In this document: piece by piece, positions 37,398 through 47,153 of the stretch | How the letters are laid out: every line of letters begins with the position of its first letter | Position numbering within the stretch: position 1 is the first letter of the stretch | DNA from: an uncultured Bacilli bacterium | GTDB taxonomy: Bacteria > Bacillota_I > Bacilli_A > RF39 > UBA660 | Direction: 5' to 3' | NCBI GenBank assembly: GCA_944363705.1 | Contig: CALVUY010000001.1 | Coordinates: forward strand, 1 to 59,914 | DNA length: 59,914 nt | The notes under the pieces: generated by a model | What the model saw: the letters and a program-made list of their open reading frames with translations, nothing else | What the model was told of the DNA's origin: nothing | Database searches by the model: none | Made by a program: the position numbers and the translations under genes

Positions 37398-37970
37398 ATG
37401 AAAAAAATTGAAACTAATTTATTAGATTGTTATATTTTAGAACCAGATAAATTTGGAGATGAAAGAGGATATTTTTCACCTTATTATATAGAAGCTAATT
37501 TAAAAGAATTAGGTTTTCTTGGTGTAAAACAGGCAAACAGAAGTAAAAGTGCTAAAGGAGTAGTTAGAGGACTTCATTTCCAAGAAGATCCAAAGTGTCA
37601 AGCTAAGATAGTTGAGGTTATTAAAGGTTCTGCTATTGATGTAGTTGTTGATATTAGAAAAGATTCAGATACTTATGGAAAATATACTGCTGTTAAACTA
37701 ACAGAAGATAATAATAGACAGTTATTTGTTCCTCGTGGTTTTGCTCATGGATTTATCTCATTAGAAGATGATACAATATTTCAATACTTAGTTGATAATG
37801 ATTATGCTCCAGATAAAGAAGGAGGAATCCTTTGGAATGATCCTGGCCTTAATATTAATTGGGATGAGATGTTTAAAGAAAATAATATAACTGAGCCAAT
37901 ATTATCTGAGAAAGATGGGAAGCATCCAACATTAGAAGAATCTAAAGTGCTATTTTTAAGGAGGAAATAA
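37398..37970 (+). CDS. rfbC: dTDP-4-dehydrorhamnose 3,5-epimerase
   Basis: ATG 37398 follows GGAGGAG. FGDERGYF, RGLHFQ and PRGFAHGF are RmlC motifs. Confidence 0.9.
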   Translation: MKKIETNLLDCYILEPDKFGDERGYFSPYYIEANLKELGFLGVKQANRSKSAKGVVRGLHFQEDPKCQAKIVEVIKGSAIDVVVDIRKDSDTYGKYTAVKLTEDNNRQLFVPRGFAHGFISLEDDTIFQYLVDNDYAPDKEGGILWNDPGLNINWDEMFKENNITEPILSEKDGKHPTLEESKVLFLRRK

Positions 37971-38857
37971 TGAAATATTTAATTACAGGTTATAAAGGAC
38001 AATTGGGTTATGATGTTAAAAGAGAATTACTAAAAAGAGGAGTTAGTGAAGAAAATATTCTTCCTCTTGATAAGGATGAAATGGATATTACTAATAAGGA
38101 AGAAGTAAATAGAGTTGTAAAAAACTTTGTACCTGATGTTATTTTTCATTGTGCAGCATGGACTGCAGTTGATAAAGCAGAAGAGGCTGAAGATGCTTGT
38201 TATAATGTTAATGTAGTTGGTACAAAAAATGTTGTAGATGCTTCAATTGAAGTAGGTGCTACTACTATATATATGTCAACTGATTATGTTTTTGATGGCA
38301 CAAAAGAAGGATTATATACTGAAGAAGATAACGTTAATCCTAAGAGTGTTTATGGTAGAACTAAATTTTTAGGAGAAGAGGAAGTTAGACGTAATCCTAA
38401 ACACTTTATTACTAGAATATCTTGGGTGTTTGGAATTAATGGGCACAATTTTATTAGAACAATGCTAAAATTATCAGAGAATCATAGTGAATTAAATGTT
38501 GTAGATGACCAAATAGGTAGTCCTACATATACAGTTGATCTTGCTAAAATCTTAGTAGATATGTCTAATAGTGATAAATATGGTACTTACAATGTTACTA
38601 ATAGTGAATATTGTAGTTGGGCTGAGTTTGCAGAATATATTTTTGAATCTAATAAAAAGAGTGTTAAAGTAAATAAAGTTACAACGGAAGAGTATTTAGA
38701 AATTACTGGTACTAAACAAGCTTATCGTCCTAGAAATTCTAGACTTGATAAATCTAAATTAGAAGAGAACTTTGAATTATTACCAACTTGGAAAGATGCA
38801 GTTAATCGTTATAATATTGAACTTGAGGAAGAAAAAAAGTTAGTTAAGAAAATATAA
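37970..38857 (+). CDS. rfbD: dTDP-4-dehydrorhamnose reductase
   Basis: 295 aa. ITGYKGQLG, STDYVFDG, YGRTK and GSPTY are RmlD motifs. Confidence 0.9.
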   Translation: MKYLITGYKGQLGYDVKRELLKRGVSEENILPLDKDEMDITNKEEVNRVVKNFVPDVIFHCAAWTAVDKAEEAEDACYNVNVVGTKNVVDASIEVGATTIYMSTDYVFDGTKEGLYTEEDNVNPKSVYGRTKFLGEEEVRRNPKHFITRISWVFGINGHNFIRTMLKLSENHSELNVVDDQIGSPTYTVDLAKILVDMSNSDKYGTYNVTNSEYCSWAEFAEYIFESNKKSVKVNKVTTEEYLEITGTKQAYRPRNSRLDKSKLEENFELLPTWKDAVNRYNIELEEEKKLVKKI

Positions 38858-38874
38858 TACTTAAGGAGAAAACT

Positions 38875-39771
38875 ATGCTTGAAGTTAAACATATTACAAA
38901 ATATTATGGTAAAAATAGGGCAGTGTCTGATTTGTCCTTTACTGTTAAAGATGGAGAAATATTTGGATTACTTGGAGAAAATGGTGCAGGTAAGACCACA
39001 ACCTTTAGAATTATTATGGGTTTAATTGATTCTAATAAAGGAGAAGTTTTACTTGATGGTAAGAAAATCGACTATAACTTAACTGATAAAATAGGTTTTG
39101 TTACAGAAGAGAGAAGTTTACTTACTAAACTTACTGTTTTAGAACAACTTACATTTTATGGAGTATTAAAAGGTCTTGATGAGAGAACTATAGAAAAAGA
39201 TATAGATAAATGGTTAGAAAAGTTTGAGATTTCTAGTTATAAAAATAGAAAGATTAAAGAACTTTCTAAAGGTAATCAACAAAAAATACAATTTATTTCT
39301 GCTATCATTAATCATCCTAAACTATTAATATTAGATGAACCTTTTACAGGTCTTGATCCTATTAATGTTAAGATGATGAAAGATGCTATATATGATTTAC
39401 AAAAAGAAGGTACATCTATTATCTTTTCATCACATCAGATGGAATATATTGAAGACTTTTGTGAGAAATTAGTAATTCTTGTAAAAGGAAAGCCTGTTGT
39501 AAGTGGTGATTTAAAGACCATAAAGGAAGAATTTGGTATTAAAAATATTATGTTAAGAGGAGATGATTTACCTCTTGATAAAATAAAGAAAGTAAAAGGT
39601 GTATTAGGTGTTTCTAAAGTAAGAGGAGAAATAGAAGTAAAAATAGAAGATAAAACAGTCGCTCCTAAGATATTCTCTTTAGTTAAAAACTGTAATATTA
39701 CTAAATATGATGTAGTTGAACCTACACTTAATGAAATATTTATTGCGAAAGTAGGGGGTATCCATGAATAG
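38875..39771 (+). CDS. ABC transporter ATP-binding protein (ABC-2/NatA-like)
   Basis: 298 aa. Walker A GENGAGKTT, signature LSKGNQQK, Walker B LILDEP. Confidence 0.85.
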   Translation: MLEVKHITKYYGKNRAVSDLSFTVKDGEIFGLLGENGAGKTTTFRIIMGLIDSNKGEVLLDGKKIDYNLTDKIGFVTEERSLLTKLTVLEQLTFYGVLKGLDERTIEKDIDKWLEKFEISSYKNRKIKELSKGNQQKIQFISAIINHPKLLILDEPFTGLDPINVKMMKDAIYDLQKEGTSIIFSSHQMEYIEDFCEKLVILVKGKPVVSGDLKTIKEEFGIKNIMLRGDDLPLDKIKKVKGVLGVSKVRGEIEVKIEDKTVAPKIFSLVKNCNITKYDVVEPTLNEIFIAKVGGIHE

Positions 39772-41080
39772 AAAGTTCCTTTATCTAACTAAAGTTAGTT
39801 TAAGAAAAAAGTTTAAAACTAAATGGTTTGTTATTACTAATATAATACTTGCAGTAGCGATAGTTCTTTTCCTAAATATAAATTCTATTGTCTCTTTCTT
39901 TGGAGGAGATTTTGATAGTAAGACTAATATAATTGTTGTAGATAATGATACTGATAGTTATTCATTATTTGAAAAGAATATAGAAAGTTATTCAAGTACT
40001 TTAAATAATGATGAAGATGAAGTAAAAGTAACAGTTAAAAAGAGTAATAAGAATGCTAATGAATTAAAAGATAATCTAAAAGATGATGAGATATTAGTGG
40101 AGTTAAATAGTGATAATAAAGAATACTTGAAAGCAAAAGTGACTTCTAATGAGAAAATAGATACACTAACTTATCAGGTTTTATCTCAGAGCCTAAACTC
40201 TACTAAAACTACTATTGGTATGGCTATTAATAATATAGATGCTAATACGTTAAATAATATTTCTAGTCCTGTAACAATAGATAGAGTAGTTCTTAATGAA
40301 GATAATAATGTTGATGAGAATATGGGACTTATTATGAGTAGTGTATTTCCAACTATTATCCTACCATTCTTCATGTTAACTATGATTTTAATTCAAATGG
40401 TTGGAGGAGAAATATGTGAAGAAAAAACAACTCGTAGTATGGAGATAATTATATCTAATGTTTCTCCTAAACAGCATTTAATGTCTAAGATACTTGCTAG
40501 TAATATATTTGTTATAGTACAAGGCTTACTTTTAGTAATTTATGCTGTAATAGGTCTATTAATAAGTACAAATATGCTTAGTAGTGGAATGGCTTTACCT
40601 AGTGAAATTACATCTATCTTTGATAGTTTAGTAGCATCTGGTTTTATCGAGAAATTAATCTACGTAATACCTTTAACTTTAATATTAATTGTATTATCAT
40701 TCTTAGCATATTCAATAGTAGCAGGAATTCTAGCCTCTATGACTGTTAATATGGAAGACTTTTCACAGTTACAAACACCTTTAGTATTTCTTTCTTTAGG
40801 AGGATATTATTTAGCGATGATGGCAGGTATGTTTAATGGTTCACTTCTTATTAGAATATTATCTTATGTACCATTCTTATCATCATTTGTTAGTCCCAGT
40901 CTTTATATGATGGGAGAGATAGGTTTAATTGATATAGTTATTTCTATTATAGTTTTAATTATCTTTATCTATTTAATATTACATTTTGGTATTAAAGTAT
41001 ATAAAGTAGGAATACTTAATTATTCTAATGAGAAAGCATGGAGTAAGTTTTTTAAAGCATTTAAGAGTAAAGATGTATAG
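39764..41080 (+). CDS. ABC-2 family transporter permease (NatB/YhaP-like)
   Basis: 438 aa. N-terminal TM helix, large extracytoplasmic loop, then 5 TM helices. Overlaps the ATPase gene by 8 nt. Confidence 0.75.
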   Translation: MNRKFLYLTKVSLRKKFKTKWFVITNIILAVAIVLFLNINSIVSFFGGDFDSKTNIIVVDNDTDSYSLFEKNIESYSSTLNNDEDEVKVTVKKSNKNANELKDNLKDDEILVELNSDNKEYLKAKVTSNEKIDTLTYQVLSQSLNSTKTTIGMAINNIDANTLNNISSPVTIDRVVLNEDNNVDENMGLIMSSVFPTIILPFFMLTMILIQMVGGEICEEKTTRSMEIIISNVSPKQHLMSKILASNIFVIVQGLLLVIYAVIGLLISTNMLSSGMALPSEITSIFDSLVASGFIEKLIYVIPLTLILIVLSFLAYSIVAGILASMTVNMEDFSQLQTPLVFLSLGGYYLAMMAGMFNGSLLIRILSYVPFLSSFVSPSLYMMGEIGLIDIVISIIVLIIFIYLILHFGIKVYKVGILNYSNEKAWSKFFKAFKSKDV

Positions 41081-41093
41081 ATTCTTCAAGCTA

Positions 41094-41122
41094 TTGATAA
41101 AATATTAGCATTATGTTAATAT
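41094..41122 (+). promoter_or_regulatory. sigma-A type promoter (TTGATA - 17 nt - TAATAT)
   Basis: Hexamers at 41094-41099 and 41117-41122, upstream of the lipoprotein gene (RBS AAGGAGG). Confidence 0.45.
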
Positions 41123-41142
41123 AAGTCACAAGGAGGTTTGGC

Positions 41143-41595
41143 ATGAATAAGGTTATTAAAAAGTTAGCTTTATACTCAACAGTAGGACTATTGGGAACTT
41201 TTTCTTTAACAGGTTGTGGTTCTTCTGATAGTGAAAGTAAAGAAGAAGTCATTGTAGAAGAAGATAATAGTAGTAAAGATGAGCAAGTTGAAACTAAATA
41301 TTTCGATGTTGGAGAGCATGTATTTTGTCAAGGTTTTCTTGTAGAATGGTTTTACTACGACTTTGAAAATAGTGGTCGTTCTATAAATGTTCCTACTGGT
41401 TATCATATCTTTGATGTTGAAGAGCGAGATAGAATTGAAGATAAAATTTATTATATGGCATTTTATGTTAATGATGTTCCTGTTGAAGTAGAAGCAGTTT
41501 ACAATGGAGAAACTGAATCGTACGATTATAGTAATCCTGGAACGCCTGTATTAGAAAATATTACTGAATTAGAAGAAAATGAGAAGACGAGATAA
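41143..41595 (+). CDS. lipoprotein, function unknown
   Basis: 150 aa. Lipobox LTGC at residues 22-25, followed by an acidic Ser-rich linker. Confidence 0.7.
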   Translation: MNKVIKKLALYSTVGLLGTFSLTGCGSSDSESKEEVIVEEDNSSKDEQVETKYFDVGEHVFCQGFLVEWFYYDFENSGRSINVPTGYHIFDVEERDRIEDKIYYMAFYVNDVPVEVEAVYNGETESYDYSNPGTPVLENITELEENEKTR

Positions 41596-41617
41596 TTTAT
41601 GTATCGTCTTTTTCTTT
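41584..41617 (+). terminator. rho-independent terminator overlapping the lipoprotein stop codon
   Basis: AAGACGA / TCGTCTT forms a 7-bp stem, followed by TTTCTTT. Confidence 0.55.
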
Positions 41618-41659
41618 ATAAAAAATTAATTCTGTGATAGACTAATAATAGAAGGATTG

Positions 41660-42580
41660 ATGAAGATGAAGAGAATTGTAATTATAGGTTGTGGTAATGT
41701 AGGTTTAGAATACTTAAAGAAACTGTGTATGACTAATATAACTTTAGATATAAGCTTAATTGATATTGATGAGGAGAAACTTGAAGGTGAAATTCTTGAT
41801 TTAGAACATTCTTTAGTCTATAGAAATAGTAATATTAATTTAAAGCTTGGTAGTTATAGCGATTGTGATAATGCAGATCTAGTTGTAATAAGTGCAGTTA
41901 TTCCTCAATCTACTAAAGATAGAATGAGTGATTTAGAGAAAGCTAATGAGATAGTAGTAGATATTACTAATAAATTAAGAGAAACATCTTTTAGTGGTAT
42001 TATCTTAGTCGCTTGTAATCCTTTGGATGTTATTACTGAACTTATCGCTCATTATACAGATTATTCCTATAATAAAGTAATAGGTACTGGAACTATGCTT
42101 GATACTGCAAGATTAAAGTCATTAATTAGTAAAAAGATTAAGGTAAAACCTAGTGATATAAATGCTTATGTTTTAGGAGAACATGGTAATAGTCAGTTTG
42201 TCGCTTGGAGTAATGCTAATATAGGTTTAGAAAACTTAAGCCATTTTTTATCACTTGATGATAAAGAAGAGATAGAAGATGAGACTAGACACATGGGTGG
42301 TGTTATAGTTAAACATAAAGGTTATACTAGTGATGGAATAGCATCTTGTCTTTTAGAACTTACTTTATGTATTCTTAACGATTTAAAGAAAGTATATCCA
42401 GTATCAAATTATAATACTACTTATGATGTATATATATCTACCCCTTGTATAATAGGTAAAAAAGGAATAGAGAAAGTTATTAATATAAAATTAACTGAGG
42501 AAGAAGAAGAAAAATTAGAAAGCAGTGCTGAAGTAATCAGTGAAGCACTGTCTAAGATATTACCAAAAGAATTGTATTAG
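41660..42580 (+). CDS. ldh: L-lactate/2-hydroxyacid dehydrogenase family protein
   Basis: About 306 aa. IIGCGNVG Rossmann loop, the Q-type specificity position (IPQSTKDRMSDL), GTGTMLDTARL, and catalytic GEHGNSQF. Start 41660 or 41666. Confidence 0.65.
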   Translation: MKMKRIVIIGCGNVGLEYLKKLCMTNITLDISLIDIDEEKLEGEILDLEHSLVYRNSNINLKLGSYSDCDNADLVVISAVIPQSTKDRMSDLEKANEIVVDITNKLRETSFSGIILVACNPLDVITELIAHYTDYSYNKVIGTGTMLDTARLKSLISKKIKVKPSDINAYVLGEHGNSQFVAWSNANIGLENLSHFLSLDDKEEIEDETRHMGGVIVKHKGYTSDGIASCLLELTLCILNDLKKVYPVSNYNTTYDVYISTPCIIGKKGIEKVINIKLTEEEEEKLESSAEVISEALSKILPKELY

Positions 42581-42594
42581 GAGGTATTGATTTT

Positions 42595-42906
42595 ATGGGT
42601 AATTATTTGTTTTTAGTAATAATATTTTTATTTATGGCAATTGAAGCAGTTAGTTCTTATAAGTTTTTTAGGCTAAAAAAAATTAAATTAGGTATTTTTT
42701 CAGCAATATATTTTCTTATTACTTTAATACTTACTTTAAGTTACTTTGGAAGTCGTGATGTAGCTGTTGAAAATGAATTAGAAAGTCTTATTAATGGAAT
42801 TACTGATATTAATCTTTTTGCAATATTAGTTTTAATTCTTAATATAGGTATGCTAGTGATTAGTATTATTAGTTATGTTAAAATAATGAAATTGTGTAGG
42901 AGATAG
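42595..42906 (+). CDS. small membrane protein (3 TM), unknown function
   Basis: 103-aa hydrophobic ORF sitting tightly between the ldh-like and PEP-utilising genes. Confidence 0.5.
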   Translation: MGNYLFLVIIFLFMAIEAVSSYKFFRLKKIKLGIFSAIYFLITLILTLSYFGSRDVAVENELESLINGITDINLFAILVLILNIGMLVISIISYVKIMKLCRR

Positions 42907-42910
42907 TATT

Positions 42911-44695
42911 ATGAGATATGGAGGTAAAGCAGATTCTTTATTATATTTGACTAGTAATAATATTTTAGTACCTAAATTTTTTGTTGTGAGTAAAGATGAT
43001 TATATTCAATTTTTAACAGATAACAATATTTACAAAAAAATTGAAGAGTTATTTATTGATAAGAAGTACAAAGACATAAAAGATTTGCTTATGAATCAAG
43101 ATATAACTTATAATTTATCTAAAAAATTGGATTTTGAATTATCTAAGATGAATTCTAATTTTTTTGCTATTAGATCTTCTGCTAGTAATGAGGATGGAAA
43201 GAATAAATCATTCGCTGGACAGTACGATACTTTTTTAAATGTAAAAAAAGAAGACATCTTTTTAAATATAAAGAAGTGTTTCTGTTCTTTATACAATGAT
43301 AATGTTATTAGTTATAGTGATGATTTTGATATTTATGGTATTAATGTTATTATACAGGTTATGATTGATTCAGACTATTCCGGTGTTGCCTTTACAGTTG
43401 ATCCATCAAGTGAATCTGATAACTATATTTTAATTGAAATGACTGAAGGACTAGGGGAAAAATTAGTATCTGGAAAAGTGATACCTAATAAGTTTTTTGT
43501 TAGAAAAGAAACAGGAATGATTGATTTGAAGATAGGAGAACTTTCTTTAGATGAAGTTATTTTTAATCGCTTAATATTAGAAATAGAGAAGACAGAAAAA
43601 ATATATAAATGTCCTATGGATATAGAATATGCAATTAAAGATAGAAAAATATACATTTTACAAGCTAGGCCTATTACTGCTAGAACTATTTTACCTAAAT
43701 CGTTTAGTTTAACTTTAACTAGACAAAAATCTCTTATAGATATAGAGTTATATTATAAAGGAGAATATTTTGGTATTAAAAATATTACTAAAAATTTATA
43801 TTATTTTAAGCCTTTATTCGTTTATAATAATGTAGATAATAATGTTTCTATCTATTATAATAATACAGACTTAGAAGAATTACCAAATCCTATGTATTAT
43901 TTATTAGATATATATTTTGATAAGACATTAAAATATTATAGAAAAATAAAAAAAGATATAGAATATTTAAATAATACTATTAATAATAAGTTGGAAATAG
44001 ATTATAGAACTTATATAGATAAAATAATAGAAATATATCCATTCACTAGTTTAGGACAATTAGCAGGGCATTTTAATGACACTAGTAAAAGAGTAAAGGA
44101 TTTATTAATAGAATTTAGAGAAAAGTATGATTATATTATTTATAAAGCTGTTGACTATTTAGTTTTTAAATTTAAAGCGATATTACCGGATAATTATAAA
44201 GAATATATAGACTTTTTACTTATAGATGAAATAATAAATAGTAAGTTACCTAGTATAGAAAGTTTAGAAAATAGAAAGCTTGGTTATATTTATTATAATA
44301 ATAGTCTTTATGTTACTACTGACTATGATAAATTTTTTGGAGATAATAATATTAATATAGAAGAAGCTAGTAACAGCTTACTAAATGGAACATTTGCATA
44401 TTCATCTAACACTAATATAACTGGTAGAGTATGTGTTATATTAAGTGATAAAGATTTTAATAACTTTAAAAGAGGAGATATTATCGTTACACCTATGACT
44501 TCACCTAAATTTCTTAGTCTTATTAAGGAATGTAAAGCAATTATAACAGATGAAGGTGGAACTTTGTCTCATGCTGCTATAATATCAAGGGAGTTAAAAA
44601 TACCATGTTTGGTAGGGTGTACTAATGCTACAAAGAATTTATCTACAGGTAATATGATTGAAATAAATAAAAGAGGAGAAATAATTATTTTATAA
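42911..44695 (+). CDS. PEP-utilising-enzyme family protein (PPDK_N ATP-grasp + C-terminal phosphohistidine swivel domain; no PEP/pyruvate barrel)
   Basis: 594 aa. N-terminal YGGKADSL..., FAIRSSASNEDG and FAGQYDTFLNV, and C-terminal TDEGGTLSHAAIISRELKIPCLVG. Confidence 0.7.
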   Translation: MRYGGKADSLLYLTSNNILVPKFFVVSKDDYIQFLTDNNIYKKIEELFIDKKYKDIKDLLMNQDITYNLSKKLDFELSKMNSNFFAIRSSASNEDGKNKSFAGQYDTFLNVKKEDIFLNIKKCFCSLYNDNVISYSDDFDIYGINVIIQVMIDSDYSGVAFTVDPSSESDNYILIEMTEGLGEKLVSGKVIPNKFFVRKETGMIDLKIGELSLDEVIFNRLILEIEKTEKIYKCPMDIEYAIKDRKIYILQARPITARTILPKSFSLTLTRQKSLIDIELYYKGEYFGIKNITKNLYYFKPLFVYNNVDNNVSIYYNNTDLEELPNPMYYLLDIYFDKTLKYYRKIKKDIEYLNNTINNKLEIDYRTYIDKIIEIYPFTSLGQLAGHFNDTSKRVKDLLIEFREKYDYIIYKAVDYLVFKFKAILPDNYKEYIDFLLIDEIINSKLPSIESLENRKLGYIYYNNSLYVTTDYDKFFGDNNINIEEASNSLLNGTFAYSSNTNITGRVCVILSDKDFNNFKRGDIIVTPMTSPKFLSLIKECKAIITDEGGTLSHAAIISRELKIPCLVGCTNATKNLSTGNMIEINKRGEIIIL

Positions 44696-46015
44696 TATTT
44701 CATCCTCTTTTAATTGTTCTTTATTATTTACTGATGGTGTTATTATTTCATTTTTAGTATTTTTATTATTGTTTTTCTCATAAGTAATACCTCTAATTTT
44801 ACAGTATACGTCTAAATCATCATCAACATCTATAATTCTATAAATTTCATCAAAAGAAGTAGAACCATCTAATACTTTTAATAATCCATCTTGTAACATA
44901 GTTATAACATCTGATGTATAAACCATTTTATTTAAATCATCTTTTTCTAAATTTTCTTCATTTAAAGCATTTCTAATTTCATCATTAATCATTAATACTT
45001 CTTGAATTGCAACTCGTCCATGGTAACCTTTATTACATTTATCACATCCTTTGGGATTAGCATTATATATTTCATCAACATCTTTATCTAAAGCTAGTTT
45101 AAATACTTTTTTCTGATATGGAGTAGTTTCTTCTTTAATACGGCAATGTGGACATACCATTTTGGCAAGTTTTTGAGAAATAATACCAGATAGGGCACTA
45201 GATAATAAATATCTTTCAACATTCATATCAAGGAGTCTTTCAATAGTACTTAATGAGTTATTAGTATGGATTGTTGATAAAACTAAGTGACCTGTAATAG
45301 AGGCTCTTACAGCAATTTTAGCAGTTTCACTATCACGAATTTCTCCAATAAGAATTACATTGGGATCTTGTCTTAAAATAGATCTTAAAACAGTTGCAAA
45401 ATCAAGGCCTATTTCACTATTTACTTGAACTTGATTTAGTCCCTCTAGATTCATTTCTATTGGATCTTCGACAGTAATAATATTAGTCTCTTTCTTGTTT
45501 AATACTTGTAGAATAGAGTAGACAGTAGTACTTTTACCACTACCAGTCGCTCCAGTTATTAGAATAATACCATTTGGTTCTGAAATCATTTTTTTTAATT
45601 TTTTAAAGTTATCATTATTGAAACCAAGAGCATCAATTCCTTGTAAACTTCTAGTATAATCAAGAATACGAATAACACATTTTTCACCTTCGTTAGTGGG
45701 TAATGTTGATACACGAGTTTCTAGGTTAAGACCTTTAATAGTTCCTTTAATAGAACCATCTTGAGGTAATCTACTTTCGGTAATATTCATATTGGCAATA
45801 AGTTTAATTCTGGTTATTAAATTTCTCTCATATATTTTAGGGATTTGTGTATAATCCTGTAAATCTCCATCAACTCTAATTCTAACCATTAAACAGTCTT
45901 CTCTAGGATCAAAATGAATATCACTAGCTCCTTTTTTAGATGCATTAGCGATTATATCATCAACAACATTAACAATAGGTGTTTTTGTCAAATCATAGGT
46001 TACCAAAAGTATCAA
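44690..46015 (-). CDS. type II/IV secretion-family ATPase (PilB/GspE-like)
   Basis: 441 aa. Walker A GATGSGKST, Asp box, His box (STIHTN), tetracysteine CPHC...CDKC. Lacks a long N-terminal domain. The true start may be TTG 46006, with better spacing from AGGGG. Confidence 0.8.
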   Translation of the reverse strand: MILLVTYDLTKTPIVNVVDDIIANASKKGASDIHFDPREDCLMVRIRVDGDLQDYTQIPKIYERNLITRIKLIANMNITESRLPQDGSIKGTIKGLNLETRVSTLPTNEGEKCVIRILDYTRSLQGIDALGFNNDNFKKLKKMISEPNGIILITGATGSGKSTTVYSILQVLNKKETNIITVEDPIEMNLEGLNQVQVNSEIGLDFATVLRSILRQDPNVILIGEIRDSETAKIAVRASITGHLVLSTIHTNNSLSTIERLLDMNVERYLLSSALSGIISQKLAKMVCPHCRIKEETTPYQKKVFKLALDKDVDEIYNANPKGCDKCNKGYHGRVAIQEVLMINDEIRNALNEENLEKDDLNKMVYTSDVITMLQDGLLKVLDGSTSFDEIYRIIDVDDDLDVYCKIRGITYEKNNNKNTKNEIITPSVNNKEQLKEDEIL

Positions 46016-46093
46016 CCCCTTTACTTTATTCTATTCTTTTACTATAATATATTATATAGTAAGAATAACTTAATTACAAGAGGGAGCTTAAAA

Positions 46094-46636
46094 ATGAAAA
46101 GTAAAATAAAGTTAAATAACAAAGGTTTTATATTAGTAGAAACTTTAATAGTTGGTGTTTTTATTATGGGAATATTTTCTTTGCTTTATACTAACTTTTT
46201 TCCTCTTATTGGTGAATATGAAAGATATAAAGATTATGATACAGTAGAATCCACATATATTGCTCATTGGGCCAGAATGATAGCTTTAAAAGGTTTACCT
46301 GATTCTAGTTATAATCTTGCTAATAGTGCAGGCTATGCAGACATTAGTGATTGTTCTTTATATACAAAATCTGATGGAATAAACTCATGTGCTGCTTTTA
46401 TGACAATGAATAATATTTCTAAACTTTATTTAATACCTTATTCTACATCTGTCTTTAAAAACCATGTTAAAGATAATACTAATTTTACTAGAAGTTTTAG
46501 AGAGTATATATCTTATTTACCAACCTATAGTAAAAATACTAACAAAACACCAAGTACAGGTTATTATAGAGTAATAGTCGAATATATTTCAAATAATACT
46601 TATAAGTATGGTACTATTGAGGTACTAAAGGGATAG
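46094..46636 (+). CDS. type IV pilin-like (prepilin/pseudopilin) protein
   Basis: ATG 46094 follows AGAGGGAG. Class III signal KGFILVETLIV (G|F with Glu at +5). The track ORF from 45914 is an antisense-overlapping extension. Confidence 0.75.
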   Translation: MKSKIKLNNKGFILVETLIVGVFIMGIFSLLYTNFFPLIGEYERYKDYDTVESTYIAHWARMIALKGLPDSSYNLANSAGYADISDCSLYTKSDGINSCAAFMTMNNISKLYLIPYSTSVFKNHVKDNTNFTRSFREYISYLPTYSKNTNKTPSTGYYRVIVEYISNNTYKYGTIEVLKG

Positions 46637-46646
46637 GTGATACTGT

Positions 46647-47153
46647 ATGAATTTAAATAAAAAAGGAATAACCTCAGTTGAACTATTAGTATGTTTTATT
46701 ATTATTTCAACTATAGTTGTTAGTATGTATAATTTAATACTAAATTATCGTAACAGAGAACAAATAGAAGAAATTAATAATGAAGTAATATCTTATAGTA
46801 ATAACTTACAAGAGATTATTCAATCTGATTTAGTTATGGGACATTTAGTAAATGTTACTAGTGTAAGTGATGATGGATATAGTGCCACCTTTGCTTTTGA
46901 TAATCCTAATAGTTACACAACAACATTAGAAATTGATCCAGATAGAGGTGTTATTAGTTATGGAAAAAGCGGAGAAATAATAGATTATGAGATACCAAGT
47001 ATTGCAGATTTAATGTTAAGCCCAGAATCTAGTATAGAATATCTTCCTGCTACTAATGGGTATGTAAAAATTACTATTATTTTAACTCATCCTAATTTTG
47101 AAGATGAAACATATTCTTTTATGATAAATTGTCCTGTTAATTATGTTTATTAA
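46647..47153 (+). CDS. type IV pilin-like (pseudopilin) protein
   Basis: 168 aa. KKGITSVELLV prepilin-type N-terminus with Glu at +5 and a hydrophobic helix. Confidence 0.7.
   Translation: MNLNKKGITSVELLVCFIIISTIVVSMYNLILNYRNREQIEEINNEVISYSNNLQEIIQSDLVMGHLVNVTSVSDDGYSATFAFDNPNSYTTTLEIDPDRGVISYGKSGEIIDYEIPSIADLMLSPESSIEYLPATNGYVKITIILTHPNFEDETYSFMINCPVNYVY

Noticed and set aside
44690-44695. Abutting or overlapping stop codons of convergent genes (44690-44695 and 47150-47153) as a regulatory feature
   Set aside because: This is probably just compact gene packing (TTATAA gives TAA on both strands). There is no associated structure or repeat.
45914-46093. N-terminal 60-aa extension of the first pilin ORF
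   Set aside because: The extension overlaps the 5' end of the PilB-like gene on the opposite strand and has no RBS. ATG 46094 follows AGAGGGAG and yields a canonical prepilin leader.
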